DNA from: an uncultured bacterium
Lineage (GTDB): Bacteria; Auribacterota; Erginobacteria; Erginobacterales; Erginobacteraceae
Assembly: GCA_963822585.1 (NCBI GenBank)
Contig: CAWGIE010000047.1
Span: forward strand, 145,896-209,895
DNA length: 64,000 nucleotides
Reading direction: 5' to 3'
The notes below the pieces were generated by a model that was given only the letters and a program-made list of their open reading frames with translations, searched no databases and was not told where the DNA came from. Both the position numbers and the translations under genes were made by a program. Below are positions 29,389 through 38,826 of this stretch, in pieces. Positions within the stretch are counted from its first letter, which is position 1. Each line of letters opens with the position of its first letter.

Positions 29389-30240
29389 TTGAAATTCATC
29401 ATTCAGGAACACCGCTCGGCTTCCGGGAAGACCCGGTATTATCTCCGCCTGGAGAAGGACGGGGTCTTCCAGGGCTGGGCGCTCCCCAAGGGGATCCCGC
29501 AAGAGTGGAAGGCGCGGCATCTGGCAATGGAGGTCGGCGCCTTCCCGCTGGCCCGAGCCGATTTTGCCGGACCGGTCCGGAAGGGGAAGTTCGGTCCGGG
29601 GACGGTCTCCGTCTGGGACCGGGGCGACCACCGGACGCATTTATGGTCGGCGGACAAGATCATCTTCGAGCTGACGGGAGGACGGGCGCGGGGACCTTTC
29701 GCGCTGGTCCGTTTTGTCAAAGCCGGCCCCGACTGCTGGCTTCTCGGCCAGACCGCGAAGCCGTCTCCCCCGAAGCCGCCGCCCCGGGTCCCGGAAGCGG
29801 ATGCGACGGCGGCACCGGTCGGGCCCCGGATGGAGGCAGCCGCGGAGAAAATGGTTCCTCCCGCCGCCCCCCGGTTGGCGGCCCTGCCCGTGAAGAAGCC
29901 CCCGGTCCCCCCGCGGCCGGCGGCGCCCGCGGAGATAACAACTCCTCCCGCCGGCGGGAAGAAAAGCCCCCCCGTCCGCCCCGCTCCCCGGAAGAAAAGA
30001 AAAGTCCGCCCCCGCCGCCGGCCGGTCCCTCCCACGCCCGCCATCTACCGGACCGGGAAGAAGGAATCGCGGACCGCGCGCCGCCGCTCCCGGCCGAAGA
30101 AGAACGCCGCCCGCTGGCTGGATAGGAGGAGATATACCTGGGAAGGCAGAATGGCCGGATGGCTGGTCTTCGCCCTGATCGCGGTCGCTCTTTTCGGTTT
30201 GATCAAACTGATCGTTTACCTGGGCGGGATTCTCTTTTGA
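29389..30240 (+). CDS. Degenerate LigD 3'-phosphoesterase-like domain + Pro/Lys-rich linker + C-terminal TM helix
   Basis: FIIQEH...LRLE.DGV...WALPKG...G.FG.G.V.VWDRG; probable TTG start at 29389 (ATGs at 29317/29323 are possible). Confidence 0.7.
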   Translation: MKFIIQEHRSASGKTRYYLRLEKDGVFQGWALPKGIPQEWKARHLAMEVGAFPLARADFAGPVRKGKFGPGTVSVWDRGDHRTHLWSADKIIFELTGGRARGPFALVRFVKAGPDCWLLGQTAKPSPPKPPPRVPEADATAAPVGPRMEAAAEKMVPPAAPRLAALPVKKPPVPPRPAAPAEITTPPAGGKKSPPVRPAPRKKRKVRPRRRPVPPTPAIYRTGKKESRTARRRSRPKKNAARWLDRRRYTWEGRMAGWLVFALIAVALFGLIKLIVYLGGILF

Positions 30241-30364
30241 TCGGATTATTCGAGCGAAACGAGATCGCCGTGGTTCCGTTTTCTGTTGAGATCCCCTCCG
30301 GGCAGGAGTATGGTATCGATATCCGATTCGCACCGGTTTTTGTCCATTCCGGGAGGGTATTGCC

Positions 30365-30580
30365 ATGACCGATCGAACAGCAGGGAAGGTGAAAAGTCGG
30401 GCCGGATTTCTTCTGGCCGTTTCCTGTATCGCCGTCGTCTGCAGCACCGCCGGGTGCGTGATGGCCGCCCGCAAGGGGGCGCAGAAAGCGGAGAAACGGG
30501 ACGGCCCGGTAGGGCACGTGCTCAACGAAGTCAAAGAGGATATCCACCCCGGCTCCCAGCCGACCCCGGCTGAGGAGTAA
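30365..30580 (+). CDS. Small putative lipoprotein
   Basis: GGGAGG RBS; hydrophobic stretch ending TAGC. Confidence 0.5.
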   Translation: MTDRTAGKVKSRAGFLLAVSCIAVVCSTAGCVMAARKGAQKAEKRDGPVGHVLNEVKEDIHPGSQPTPAEE

Positions 30581-30613
30581 ACCGGGCGATCCCGCGACCG
30601 GGGGCTTTCTCCT

Positions 30614-31828
30614 TCAGTACACCCCGCTTCTCCGGTAGGCGGTGCGGTAAATCTGCACGATCTCCTGCCGGGTGGGGACCTTCACGTTGGACTTGAAGCA
30701 GTTGTCCTCCCTGGCCATCCCGGCCATGGTATCGAAGTCCTCCGCCTTCACCTTCAGCTCCCGGATGTTGTCGGGGACCTGGAGTGTTTTTCTCAGGTTT
30801 TTTATCTCCCGGATGAATTTCCGGGCGCTCAGCGTGTTGCTCATGGACCAGGGGGAAATCCCGGTTACCTTGGCCAGCATGGCGTAATCGCGGTAGCTGA
30901 CGTCGAAGTTGAACTCCATCACGTAGGTAAGGAGGACGGCGTTGGCCACCCCGTGGGGGAGGTTATAGAGGCCGCTCAGCTGGTGGGACATCGCGTGGAC
31001 CAGGCCCAGCCCGGCGTTGCTGAAGGCCATCCCGGCCAGGTATTCGGCCACGGCCATCTTTTCCCGGGCGATGATGTCTTGGCCGTTCCGGAAGGCGGCG
31101 GGGAGGAAGTCGAAGATGAGGATGATCGCCCCCAGCGCCTGGCAGTCGGTCAGGTCGTTCCTTTCCCGGGAGGTGTACGCCTCGATGGCATGGGTGAGGG
31201 CGTCCAGGCCGGTGGCCGCCGTGAGTTTCGGGGGCATCCCGACCATGATCTCCGGGTCGTTGACGGCGATCTCGGGGACCACCCTCTCGTCGGAGATGTC
31301 GATTTTGTGATGTTTCCCGGCCTCGGTGATGACGAAGATCCGGGACATCTCGGCGGCGGTCCCGGCGGTGGTGTTGACGGCCATGTGGGGGACGGGGGAG
31401 GCGGGACCGAGATCGCTTTCCAGAAGGACCATTTTCACCGCCTTGGCGGTGTCGTGAGCGCTGCCCCCGCCCAGTGAGACCAGGGAATCGCACCCGGATT
31501 CCAAAAATGTTTTCAGGACCGTCCCGGCCACCTCGAAAGTGGGGTTGGGGGTGACGGCGGTTGAAATAACGGACCGGATCCCGGCCCGGGCGAGGTGCTC
31601 CCCGATCATCCGGGCGTTTCCCGATTCCTCCATGTGCCGGTCGGTAATGATGAGCGCCCGGGCGGCGCCGGTTTTAGCGAACTCGTCTCCGCAGAGCTTC
31701 AGGCATCCCTTCCCGGTCAGCGTCTTGGGGGGCATCAGATAGATGGACGGAGGCTTGTCGGTCGGGTAGATATAGTGATGTTTGATGATCAAAGGTTCTT
31801 CTCCGCGCGGTTTCCCAGAGAGGGCCAT
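30614..31828 (-). CDS. Iron-containing alcohol dehydrogenase
   Basis: GGGS, NTTAGT, GLDALTHAIEAY and GLVHAMSH...PHG motifs. Confidence 0.9.
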   Translation of the reverse strand: MALSGKPRGEEPLIIKHHYIYPTDKPPSIYLMPPKTLTGKGCLKLCGDEFAKTGAARALIITDRHMEESGNARMIGEHLARAGIRSVISTAVTPNPTFEVAGTVLKTFLESGCDSLVSLGGGSAHDTAKAVKMVLLESDLGPASPVPHMAVNTTAGTAAEMSRIFVITEAGKHHKIDISDERVVPEIAVNDPEIMVGMPPKLTAATGLDALTHAIEAYTSRERNDLTDCQALGAIILIFDFLPAAFRNGQDIIAREKMAVAEYLAGMAFSNAGLGLVHAMSHQLSGLYNLPHGVANAVLLTYVMEFNFDVSYRDYAMLAKVTGISPWSMSNTLSARKFIREIKNLRKTLQVPDNIRELKVKAEDFDTMAGMAREDNCFKSNVKVPTRQEIVQIYRTAYRRSGVY

Positions 31829-31993
31829 TATCGCACAAAGCCCCGGCGGGAGAAAACAGTAATCCGGCGTCCCCGCCGGAAGGCGAAGAAGCTATTTTCT
31901 TTATCTTGAACCGACTCCCGGGAAAAAGGTATAGTAGAGAGGTGTCCCGCCTATCGCATCGCCGATTCTTAACCATAATGTACAGGTGATATA

Positions 31994-32647
31994 ATGAAAG
32001 ACAAGACGTCGCCGGATAGTAAAGACCCCTATATTAAACTCAAATTGAGAACGTTCATGAGGACCGACGAGGCCTATCTGGTCGATCTCGGCGCGGGCAA
32101 AGTCTGGATCCCGGTCGATGCCATCAAATCCACCCGGAGAGTGGACCAGGGTATCCTCTCTATCGAGGTCAAAGAAAGCGTGATCAGGGAAAAGCGCCGG
32201 GAGCTGCGCCGGATCAAGGAGGAATTGACCGGTTTGAAGGGTTCCGTCCGGGGAGAGGTTGTCGAGCTGACCGGAAAGCTGCTGGAAGAAAGCCCTCATG
32301 CCTGCCTGATCAAATTAGGGGCCAAAGAGATTTTCATGCCCCGGGTATGCTTCGCCGAATTGGAAAAGCTCCCCGACGGGAATTACCGCTTTGTGCTGGA
32401 AAAGAACTTCCTGGAGTTCAAGCTCAAGCAAAAACATCCGGAACGGCCCGAGGCGGGGGAGGAGACGACCACGGCCCGGGTCGAGATCCTGCAGGAGACC
32501 GATCGGGCCTACTTCCTGGGTTGCCAGGAGGTCTCCTTCTGGTACCCCAAAAGAGAAGTCATCGAGATAAAACCCGCCGGCGAGAAATGGGATATCGTCG
32601 TCCCTCTCGATTTCTGGCGGTTCAAGCTGGAAAACTGTGTTTCCTGA
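31994..32647 (+). CDS. Hypothetical protein with three tandem approximately 60-aa beta-rich repeats
   Basis: RTDEAYLV...WIP, EESPHACLI...FMP, QETDRAYFL...WYPK. Confidence 0.7.
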   Translation: MKDKTSPDSKDPYIKLKLRTFMRTDEAYLVDLGAGKVWIPVDAIKSTRRVDQGILSIEVKESVIREKRRELRRIKEELTGLKGSVRGEVVELTGKLLEESPHACLIKLGAKEIFMPRVCFAELEKLPDGNYRFVLEKNFLEFKLKQKHPERPEAGEETTTARVEILQETDRAYFLGCQEVSFWYPKREVIEIKPAGEKWDIVVPLDFWRFKLENCVS

Positions 32648-32688
32648 TAGCGCCCTCCGGATCAGCCCACGTCCGCGCGCATACCCCG

Positions 32689-34014
32689 ATGAGCCGAGAG
32701 AAACCCCAGATTCTGGCCGCCGATTCTAAAGGCACGATCTACAGCCTGCCCGGGGTGGAGGCGGCGGGGATGAAAGGAGGCTGCTTCTTCCGGCTGCCGC
32801 CCCGGGAACTGGTCCCGCTGCCCCCCGGGAGCGAACTTTTCCTCCTCCCCGGGCGGATGCCGGTGGGCTGGGATCCGGCGGCGGGAGGGTTCATCACCCT
32901 GGGCGCCGGCGCGCTGCCAGATAAAAACAAAGACTGCTTCGCCGTGGCCGCCTTTGTTTCCCCCGGCTTCACGGCCTCTTTCAGCAGCGCCTACGCCGAG
33001 AGCGGAAACCCGGTCCTCCTCCCCCTTTTTTCTTACGCCGCCTGCGCCTTCTATAAAGGTTCCTTCCATGCCGCCTGCCTGCGGGTGGACCGGGAACGCC
33101 GCCAGGACGTCGGGCTCATGGATATCGACGCGGTGCGAAGAAACGCCGCCGAGCTGAAAAAGACCTTCCCCGGCAACCGGCTGGTCGTCCACCTGGAAGG
33201 TTGCGCGCTCACTTACAGCTGCCCGGCGGCTAAAAATTTCTTCCTGGGCCGGTATGAAGCGCCGCTGCCCACGTCGCCGTCCTGCAACGCCCGCTGCGCC
33301 GGGTGCATCTCCCTTCAGCCGCCGGGACGCTGCCCGGTTACCCAGCCCCGGATCGCCTTCCTCCCCGACCCGGAGGAGGTGGCGGAGGTTGCCCTCTTCC
33401 ATATTGCCCGCGTTCGGGACCCGGTAGTAAGCTTCGGCCAGGGGTGCGAGGGGGAACCACTGCTGGCCGGAAAAGTGCTGGAGAAGTCGATCCGGCTGAT
33501 CAGAAACCGGACTGCCCGGGGGATGATCAACCTCAATACCAACGCCAGCCGGCCGCAGACCGTGGGGAGGCTTTTCGATGCCGGTCTCGACAGCATCCGG
33601 GTCAGTTTGAACAGCGTCCGGCCGGACTATTACCGGCGGTATTTTCAGCCCCGGGGGTACCATTTCCGGGAGGTGCTGCGCTCGATCAAAACGGCCAAAG
33701 AGAAGCAGGGGTTCGTCTCGGTCAACTACCTGACCATGCCCGGCTTCACGGATTGCCGCGAAGAAATCGCGGCCTTCCGGGGTTTTCTGGAGAGATACCG
33801 CATCGACATGATCCAGTGGAGGAACCTGAATTACGACCCCCGGCGGTATTTCCGGGAACTCAAGGTTTCGGTGAAACCGGAGGAGATGACCGGCGTCCGG
33901 CAGCTTATTCATTCCCTGAAGAAGGAGTTTCCCAAATTGATGATGGGGTACTTCAACCCGTCGCGGGAGAGGATACAGCGGCATGTTCAGGCAAAGCATA
34001 AAAGAAGAATATAG
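32689..34014 (+). CDS. Radical SAM protein
   Basis: PTSPSCNARCAGCIS and SFGQGCEGEPL; ATG at 32689. Confidence 0.85.
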   Translation: MSREKPQILAADSKGTIYSLPGVEAAGMKGGCFFRLPPRELVPLPPGSELFLLPGRMPVGWDPAAGGFITLGAGALPDKNKDCFAVAAFVSPGFTASFSSAYAESGNPVLLPLFSYAACAFYKGSFHAACLRVDRERRQDVGLMDIDAVRRNAAELKKTFPGNRLVVHLEGCALTYSCPAAKNFFLGRYEAPLPTSPSCNARCAGCISLQPPGRCPVTQPRIAFLPDPEEVAEVALFHIARVRDPVVSFGQGCEGEPLLAGKVLEKSIRLIRNRTARGMINLNTNASRPQTVGRLFDAGLDSIRVSLNSVRPDYYRRYFQPRGYHFREVLRSIKTAKEKQGFVSVNYLTMPGFTDCREEIAAFRGFLERYRIDMIQWRNLNYDPRRYFRELKVSVKPEEMTGVRQLIHSLKKEFPKLMMGYFNPSRERIQRHVQAKHKRRI

Positions 34015-34054
34015 CGAAGAAGTAAGATTGAACAAGTATATGTGGCTCGGCTGA

Positions 34055-34432
34055 AAGGAGTGATGGAGTATTGGAGTGGTGGAATGATGGAAAAAACCGA
34101 ACGGCATCCATTTTCCTCTTCCATCACATCCAATCGTCTGTTTCAAAAGGGGGTGAGGGAGGGGGGATGTTTCGTGCAATCCTTCGGCTACGCTCAGGAC
34201 AAGTTTCGCGTAATTCGTAGTTCAAAAGGGGGCGCGGCGGGGGAACAATTAGTGTCCATTAGTGAAATTCGTGGACTAAAAAGGGGCCGAGGCGAGGATC
34301 AAAACTCAACGTCGAACGTTGAACGTCGAACTTCCAACGTCGAACGTCGAACAGGAACGTTCAACCCAATTCGTGTAATCCTTCGGCTACGCTCAGGACA
34401 AGTTTCGCGAAATTCGTAGTTTGATAAAAGGG
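34055..34432. repeat. Mosaic intergenic repeat region
   Basis: GGAGTGAT octamers; two copies of AATCCTTCGGCTACGCTCAGGACAAGTTTCGCG (34178, 34377); AACGTCG heptamers. Confidence 0.85.
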
Positions 34433-34445
34433 GGGAGGCAATGTC

Positions 34446-34832
34446 ATGATCTTCGTGATACAGGAACACTGGGCCTCGACCCACCACTTCGACTTCCGCC
34501 TGGAGCGCAACGGCGTCCTGAAAAGCTGGGCGGTGCCCAAGGGGATCCCGGAGCGTCCGGGCAGCAAACTCCTGGCCATCCAGGTCGAAGATCACCCACT
34601 CTCCTGGGCCGGTTTCGAGGGGACGATCGCGGAGGGGGAGTACGGCGCCGGCGAGGTGAAAATCTGGGACCGGGGAACCTACCAGGCTCAGAAGTGGACG
34701 GAGGAGGAGATCCTCTTCACTCTCCACGGGGCCCGGGTCCGGGGCCCCTACGTTCTGTTCCGTTTTCCCCAGGCCGGACCCCGCCACTGGCTGCTGGCCA
34801 AACGGAGAGCGGAAGAGAGTTTGTCCGAATAA
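34446..34832 (+). CDS. Stand-alone LigD-type 3'-phosphoesterase
   Basis: FVIQEH...HFDFRLE...LKSWAVPKG...VEDHPL...YGAG.V.IWDRG. Confidence 0.9.
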   Translation: MIFVIQEHWASTHHFDFRLERNGVLKSWAVPKGIPERPGSKLLAIQVEDHPLSWAGFEGTIAEGEYGAGEVKIWDRGTYQAQKWTEEEILFTLHGARVRGPYVLFRFPQAGPRHWLLAKRRAEESLSE

Positions 34833-34869
34833 GTATTGAAGAAATTGTGCCTGGAATGAAAAAATATAT

Positions 34870-34971
34870 TCACCACGAAGATCACGAAGTACACGAAGAA
34901 TTAATTAAGGGAAAATGAGATCGGGATGGTTGATACCGCCATCTTCGTGACCTTCGTGTTCTTCGTGGTTC
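34870..34971. repeat. Inverted CACGAAG nonamer repeat
   Basis: 3x CACGAAG.. followed by 3x CTTCGTG..; second instance at 57618-57720. Confidence 0.75.
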
Positions 34972-35029
34972 CAATCGGTTTTTACGATAATAGTAATATC
35001 TTCTAAGTGGTATAACCGGAAGCTATAAG

Positions 35030-35641
35030 ATGGGATTGAGCATTCATTACCGGGGGCGGTTGAAATCGCCGGAGGCGATCCCGGCCATTACCGATGAGCT
35101 GACCGACATCTGCGAGAGCCTGGGCTGGGAATATTCCCGCCTGGATGAAGACTTTAACCGGGAAAACACCTCCCGGCTGGATCACACCGATAATGGGGCC
35201 AGGATCACCGGCCATCTGCCGCTGAAAGGGGTCGGGATCTCGCCGGGGCAGGGGAGCGAGGGGCTCTCCTTCTTCTTCGACCGGGTGGGCAACCTGGTTG
35301 CCCCCCTGACGATGGCGATCTCCGGTCCGGTCAAGGATGAGTTGCCCTGGGCCGCGGTCAAGACGCAGTTCGCCCCCCTCGATATCCACATCACCATCAT
35401 CAAGCTTTTTCGGTACCTGAAGAAGAAGTACTTCGCGATCTTCGAGGTCGAGGATGAGGGAGACTACTGGGAGACCGGGAACGAGGTTCTCCTGCGGAAG
35501 AAGATGGAGTTCCTGGCCGGCAAGATCGACGCCTTCGCAAAAATGCTCTCGGAAGCCGACGCCGTCGATCCCGGCATCTCCCCCCATGCCCTGGCCGACC
35601 GGATAGAGGAACTCCTCCGGGACAGGTGGGACGAACTCTGA
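35030..35641 (+). CDS. Conserved hypothetical protein
   Basis: MGLSIHYRG...VKTQFAP...DEGDYWET; coding-like composition. Confidence 0.7.
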   Translation: MGLSIHYRGRLKSPEAIPAITDELTDICESLGWEYSRLDEDFNRENTSRLDHTDNGARITGHLPLKGVGISPGQGSEGLSFFFDRVGNLVAPLTMAISGPVKDELPWAAVKTQFAPLDIHITIIKLFRYLKKKYFAIFEVEDEGDYWETGNEVLLRKKMEFLAGKIDAFAKMLSEADAVDPGISPHALADRIEELLRDRWDEL

Positions 35642-35661
35642 CCCCGCGGGCCGGAAAGACC

Positions 35662-35886
35662 ATGAAACAGGCGCTTCTGCTTATCGATCTTCAAAATGAC
35701 GCCCGGGATGTCATTACTCCCGGGTTCCTCCGCGCGCTCCGGGATGTCATCCGGAGATGCGAAGCAAAAGACATCCCCGTTATTCACGTCCTGACCGAAT
35801 ATACCGAAGAAGATCTGCCTCTGCTGAAACACGTCTTTGAAAAAGAGGCCGCCGAGGCGCGGGTGATTTCTCCGGAAGAGATTTAA
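35662..35886 (+). pseudogene. Internally deleted isochorismatase/cysteine hydrolase
   Basis: ALLLIDLQND...IPVIHV N-terminus fused to an ARVISPEEI-like C-terminus; the catalytic Lys/Cys region is missing. Confidence 0.6.
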
Positions 35887-35897
35887 GGAACTGTCTC

Positions 35898-36524
35898 ATG
35901 AGCCGCGACAATATCATAGAAAAAGACTCGATCGGGGAAGCCTGGCTGGCCGCGGCGCGGTACGTTCTGCAGGCCGGCCGCCCGGTCGATTTCGGCGACG
36001 TCGACGCCCGCGAGGTCCTCAATCTCCAGATCTTCGTCAAAAATCCCCGCCGGGATGATCCCCTCATTCAACAATACGGCGATCGGAAGATGATCGATTT
36101 CATGATGGGAAATTTCTTCGGAGAGGAAAGCGTCGAAGAGTGGGGGTATTCCTACCGGGAACGCATCTTTACCCGGGACGGTCTGGAGCGCTTGATTTCC
36201 AGCCTGGTGGAAAATAGAAGCTCGACCTGGAGTGTGTTTACGCTCCTGCGGCCGGAAGAAGACGGGAAGCATCTTCCCTGCCTGACCCAGATCCAGGCGC
36301 TGGTCAGGGGGGAGAGACTCCGCCTCGTCGGTTACTTCCGCAGCCAGGACATCGGCGGCAAGCTGTACGCCGACCTCCTGGCCCTGACGAAGATCGGCAA
36401 CCTGATCAGAGAGAAAGTGAAGACACTTTCTCTGGAGATCGTCCTCCACGTCGCCTCCGCCCACGTCTACCGGGAAGATATTCCTCGCCTGGAAAAGATG
36501 GTATTCCGGGGAGACGATACTTAA
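35898..36524 (+). CDS. Thymidylate synthase/dCMP hydroxymethylase superfamily protein
   Basis: YSYRERI, LPCLTQIQ (catalytic Cys), RSQD.......D and SAHVY motifs. Confidence 0.8.
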   Translation: MSRDNIIEKDSIGEAWLAAARYVLQAGRPVDFGDVDAREVLNLQIFVKNPRRDDPLIQQYGDRKMIDFMMGNFFGEESVEEWGYSYRERIFTRDGLERLISSLVENRSSTWSVFTLLRPEEDGKHLPCLTQIQALVRGERLRLVGYFRSQDIGGKLYADLLALTKIGNLIREKVKTLSLEIVLHVASAHVYREDIPRLEKMVFRGDDT

Positions 36525-36571
36525 TTAATCGGCGCCCGGCCATCGCGGGTAAGTTGGACAACACAGTGACT

Positions 36572-37021
36572 CTATTCCCGGGATTTGAGCAGCCGCCGGT
36601 CGATCGACCAGCGGCCCGATCCCTCGATGATCAGGGCGGCCACGATACTCAAGGCCAGCAGGTGGAACTCAAAGCCCTCGCCCTTCTGCACCCCGGACCA
36701 GTTCATGAAAAAACCGTATTGTCCATGCACCATCACGATCGCCACCAGCATGATGACGCCGATGCCGAAGGAGGCCAGGCGGGTGAAAAAACCCAGGATC
36801 AAGGCCAGGGGCGCGAAAAATTCCGTCAGGATCTCCACCGCCGCCAGGAAGGGCGGGATGTGGAGGGTCCCGGTAAAAAATCCCATCGTTCCCTGGAAAC
36901 CGTAACCGCCGAACCAGCCCAGAAGTTTCTGGGCTCCATGGGGGAAGATCACCACCCCCAGCATGACCCTGAGGATCAGCGCCGAAACGTTATTTCTGGT
37001 TTGCAGCATCCATCTCATCAT
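36572..37021 (-). CDS. DoxX family membrane protein
   Basis: LRVMLG..IFPHGAQKL...LGFFTRLA...G.G.WSID. Confidence 0.9.
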   Translation of the reverse strand: MMRWMLQTRNNVSALILRVMLGVVIFPHGAQKLLGWFGGYGFQGTMGFFTGTLHIPPFLAAVEILTEFFAPLALILGFFTRLASFGIGVIMLVAIVMVHGQYGFFMNWSGVQKGEGFEFHLLALSIVAALIIEGSGRWSIDRRLLKSRE

Positions 37022-37151
37022 CGCTCACCTCCTGTCTGTTCTTGTCCCCCCGGGTTCCCGTTTTTATCCGGCCCGGGCCGTTTTCAGTTCTTCCGAAGGA
37101 ATGACGACGGGAAGTTCTTCGCGGGATATTTTGAGTGGCCGGAATCGGGGA

Positions 37152-38258
37152 TTATTTCTTGAATAATTCGCTGAATTGGCCGTAGCCTTCTTTTTCCAGG
37201 TCTTCGGCGGGGACAAACCGGAGGGCGGCGGAGTTCAGGCAGTAGCGGAGTCCGGTCGGCGGCGGTCCGTCATTAAAGACGTGCCCGAGGTGGGAGTCGC
37301 CGAGCCGGCTTAACACCTCGGTCCGGGTGGAAAAGAAGCCGCGGTCTTCCTTCTCGACGATATTGCCGGGAACCAGCGGCTTGGTGAAACTGGGCCAGCC
37401 GGTCCCGGATTTATATTTGTCGAGCGAGCTGAAAAGAGGCTCCCCGGAAACGATGTCGACGTAAATGCCCGGGCGGTGATTGTCCCAGTACTCGTTCTGG
37501 AAAGCCGGTTCGGTCCCTCCCTTCTGGGTCACTTTAAACTGCAGGGGCGTCAGCCGTTTCTTCAGTTCGTCCCGGGACGGCTTCACGAACCCGGATGTCT
37601 TCGTCGCCTTTCGGTTCGGCAGCTCATCATCCCCCCATACCTTTTCCAGGAAACTGTCCCGACCGGAACGGTACCGGTAGAACTTGTATTTAAAGGTATG
37701 ATTCTTGTAGTAATCCTGATGATAGTCTTCGGCCGGATAAAAGACGGTGGCGGGGAGGATCTCGGTCACGATCGGCTTATTGAAGCGGCCGGATCCCGCC
37801 AGTTCCTTCTTCGATTCCTCGGCCAGATTTTTCTGTTCCTGATCGAGGTAAAAAATCGCGGAGCGGTATTGCGGACCCCGGTCCACGAATTGTCCATTGG
37901 GATCGGTAGGGTCGATCTGCCGCCAGAAGACGTCGAGGAGTTCCGGGTAGCTTATTTTATCGGGATCGTAGGTTACCTTGATCGCTTCCAGGTGGCCTTT
38001 TTGGGCGTAATCCCCGTAGGTCGGATTCTCGCCCGTTCCTCCGGTATATCCGGAGATGACTTCGCTGACGCCGTCAAGTTTCTCAAACGGCGGTTCCATG
38101 CACCAGAAGCAGCCGCCGGCGAATATCGCCTCCCCGGTTTTTATTTCCGCTCCGGCACTCGCCGAGATAAACAAGAGAATCCATGCCAGGGCGGCGGCCA
38201 GGCAACCCCGCCGCCGGCACCTCCCGATAATCGGGATCGCTGGTCCGGTCTTTTTCAT
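37152..38258 (-). CDS. msrAB: Exported bifunctional methionine sulfoxide reductase MsrA/MsrB
   Basis: [26 protein letters not shown] and HLGHVF...RYCLNS; signal peptide. Confidence 0.95.
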   Translation of the reverse strand: MKKTGPAIPIIGRCRRRGCLAAALAWILLFISASAGAEIKTGEAIFAGGCFWCMEPPFEKLDGVSEVISGYTGGTGENPTYGDYAQKGHLEAIKVTYDPDKISYPELLDVFWRQIDPTDPNGQFVDRGPQYRSAIFYLDQEQKNLAEESKKELAGSGRFNKPIVTEILPATVFYPAEDYHQDYYKNHTFKYKFYRYRSGRDSFLEKVWGDDELPNRKATKTSGFVKPSRDELKKRLTPLQFKVTQKGGTEPAFQNEYWDNHRPGIYVDIVSGEPLFSSLDKYKSGTGWPSFTKPLVPGNIVEKEDRGFFSTRTEVLSRLGDSHLGHVFNDGPPPTGLRYCLNSAALRFVPAEDLEKEGYGQFSELFKK

Positions 38259-38322
38259 AGATACCTGTCCTTTTCCGCGGGAGAAAAGATCGCCGCCAGA
38301 CAGCAACAGTCTCCTCAGAGGT

Positions 38323-38721
38323 TTATTCGATTCCGATCTCCGCCGCGCTCTCCCAGAGTCCGTGAATGTTGCAGTAGGAGGAAGCGAGGATCGTGCCCGG
38401 TTTGTCGGTCTTGACGCTCAAAACCACCCGGGGATGGGTATAGACCGTGCTGGTGTCGGCGCCATCGGTCGAGGCTCCATGGGCGGTAAACTCGGCCTTG
38501 CCGATCTGGTAAGGGAACTTCTCCCCCTCGGGGAGAAAATAGATGTCGATCCAGCAGATGTGATGCTCGGTCTTGTTGGGGTGGGGGATCTCCTTCCCTA
38601 CGCTCACCGTGACCTGGAAAAGCTCGCCGGCGGTTACTTTTTCCGGGGCCTCGATCACCGGGACGTGCTTCTCCTTTTTCCAATCGGCGCTCTGAAACAA
38701 TGTATCCATTGCGGCCATCAC
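38323..38721 (-). CDS. Class II superoxide reductase (neelaredoxin-like)
   Basis: EKHVP...HP..EHHI.WI...CNIHGLW. Confidence 0.9.
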   Translation of the reverse strand: MMAAMDTLFQSADWKKEKHVPVIEAPEKVTAGELFQVTVSVGKEIPHPNKTEHHICWIDIYFLPEGEKFPYQIGKAEFTAHGASTDGADTSTVYTHPRVVLSVKTDKPGTILASSYCNIHGLWESAAEIGIE

Positions 38722-38826
38722 ACTACCTCCTTCAGGTTAAGAGTTCTCTTCCGATCAATGAGCGCCTTCGGCGTAATTGTTCACCCCGAAGACACTCAGA
38801 CACAAAAAATAAAAAAATCGAGATCA

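Noticed and set aside
34446..34832. Complete NHEJ locus
   Set aside because: No Ku, ligase or polymerase domains in the window; stand-alone PE proteins are already known.
1800..35000. Classical integron cassette array
   Set aside because: No intI and no RYYYAAC/GTTRRRY attC structure was recognised, and the genes are in mixed orientations.
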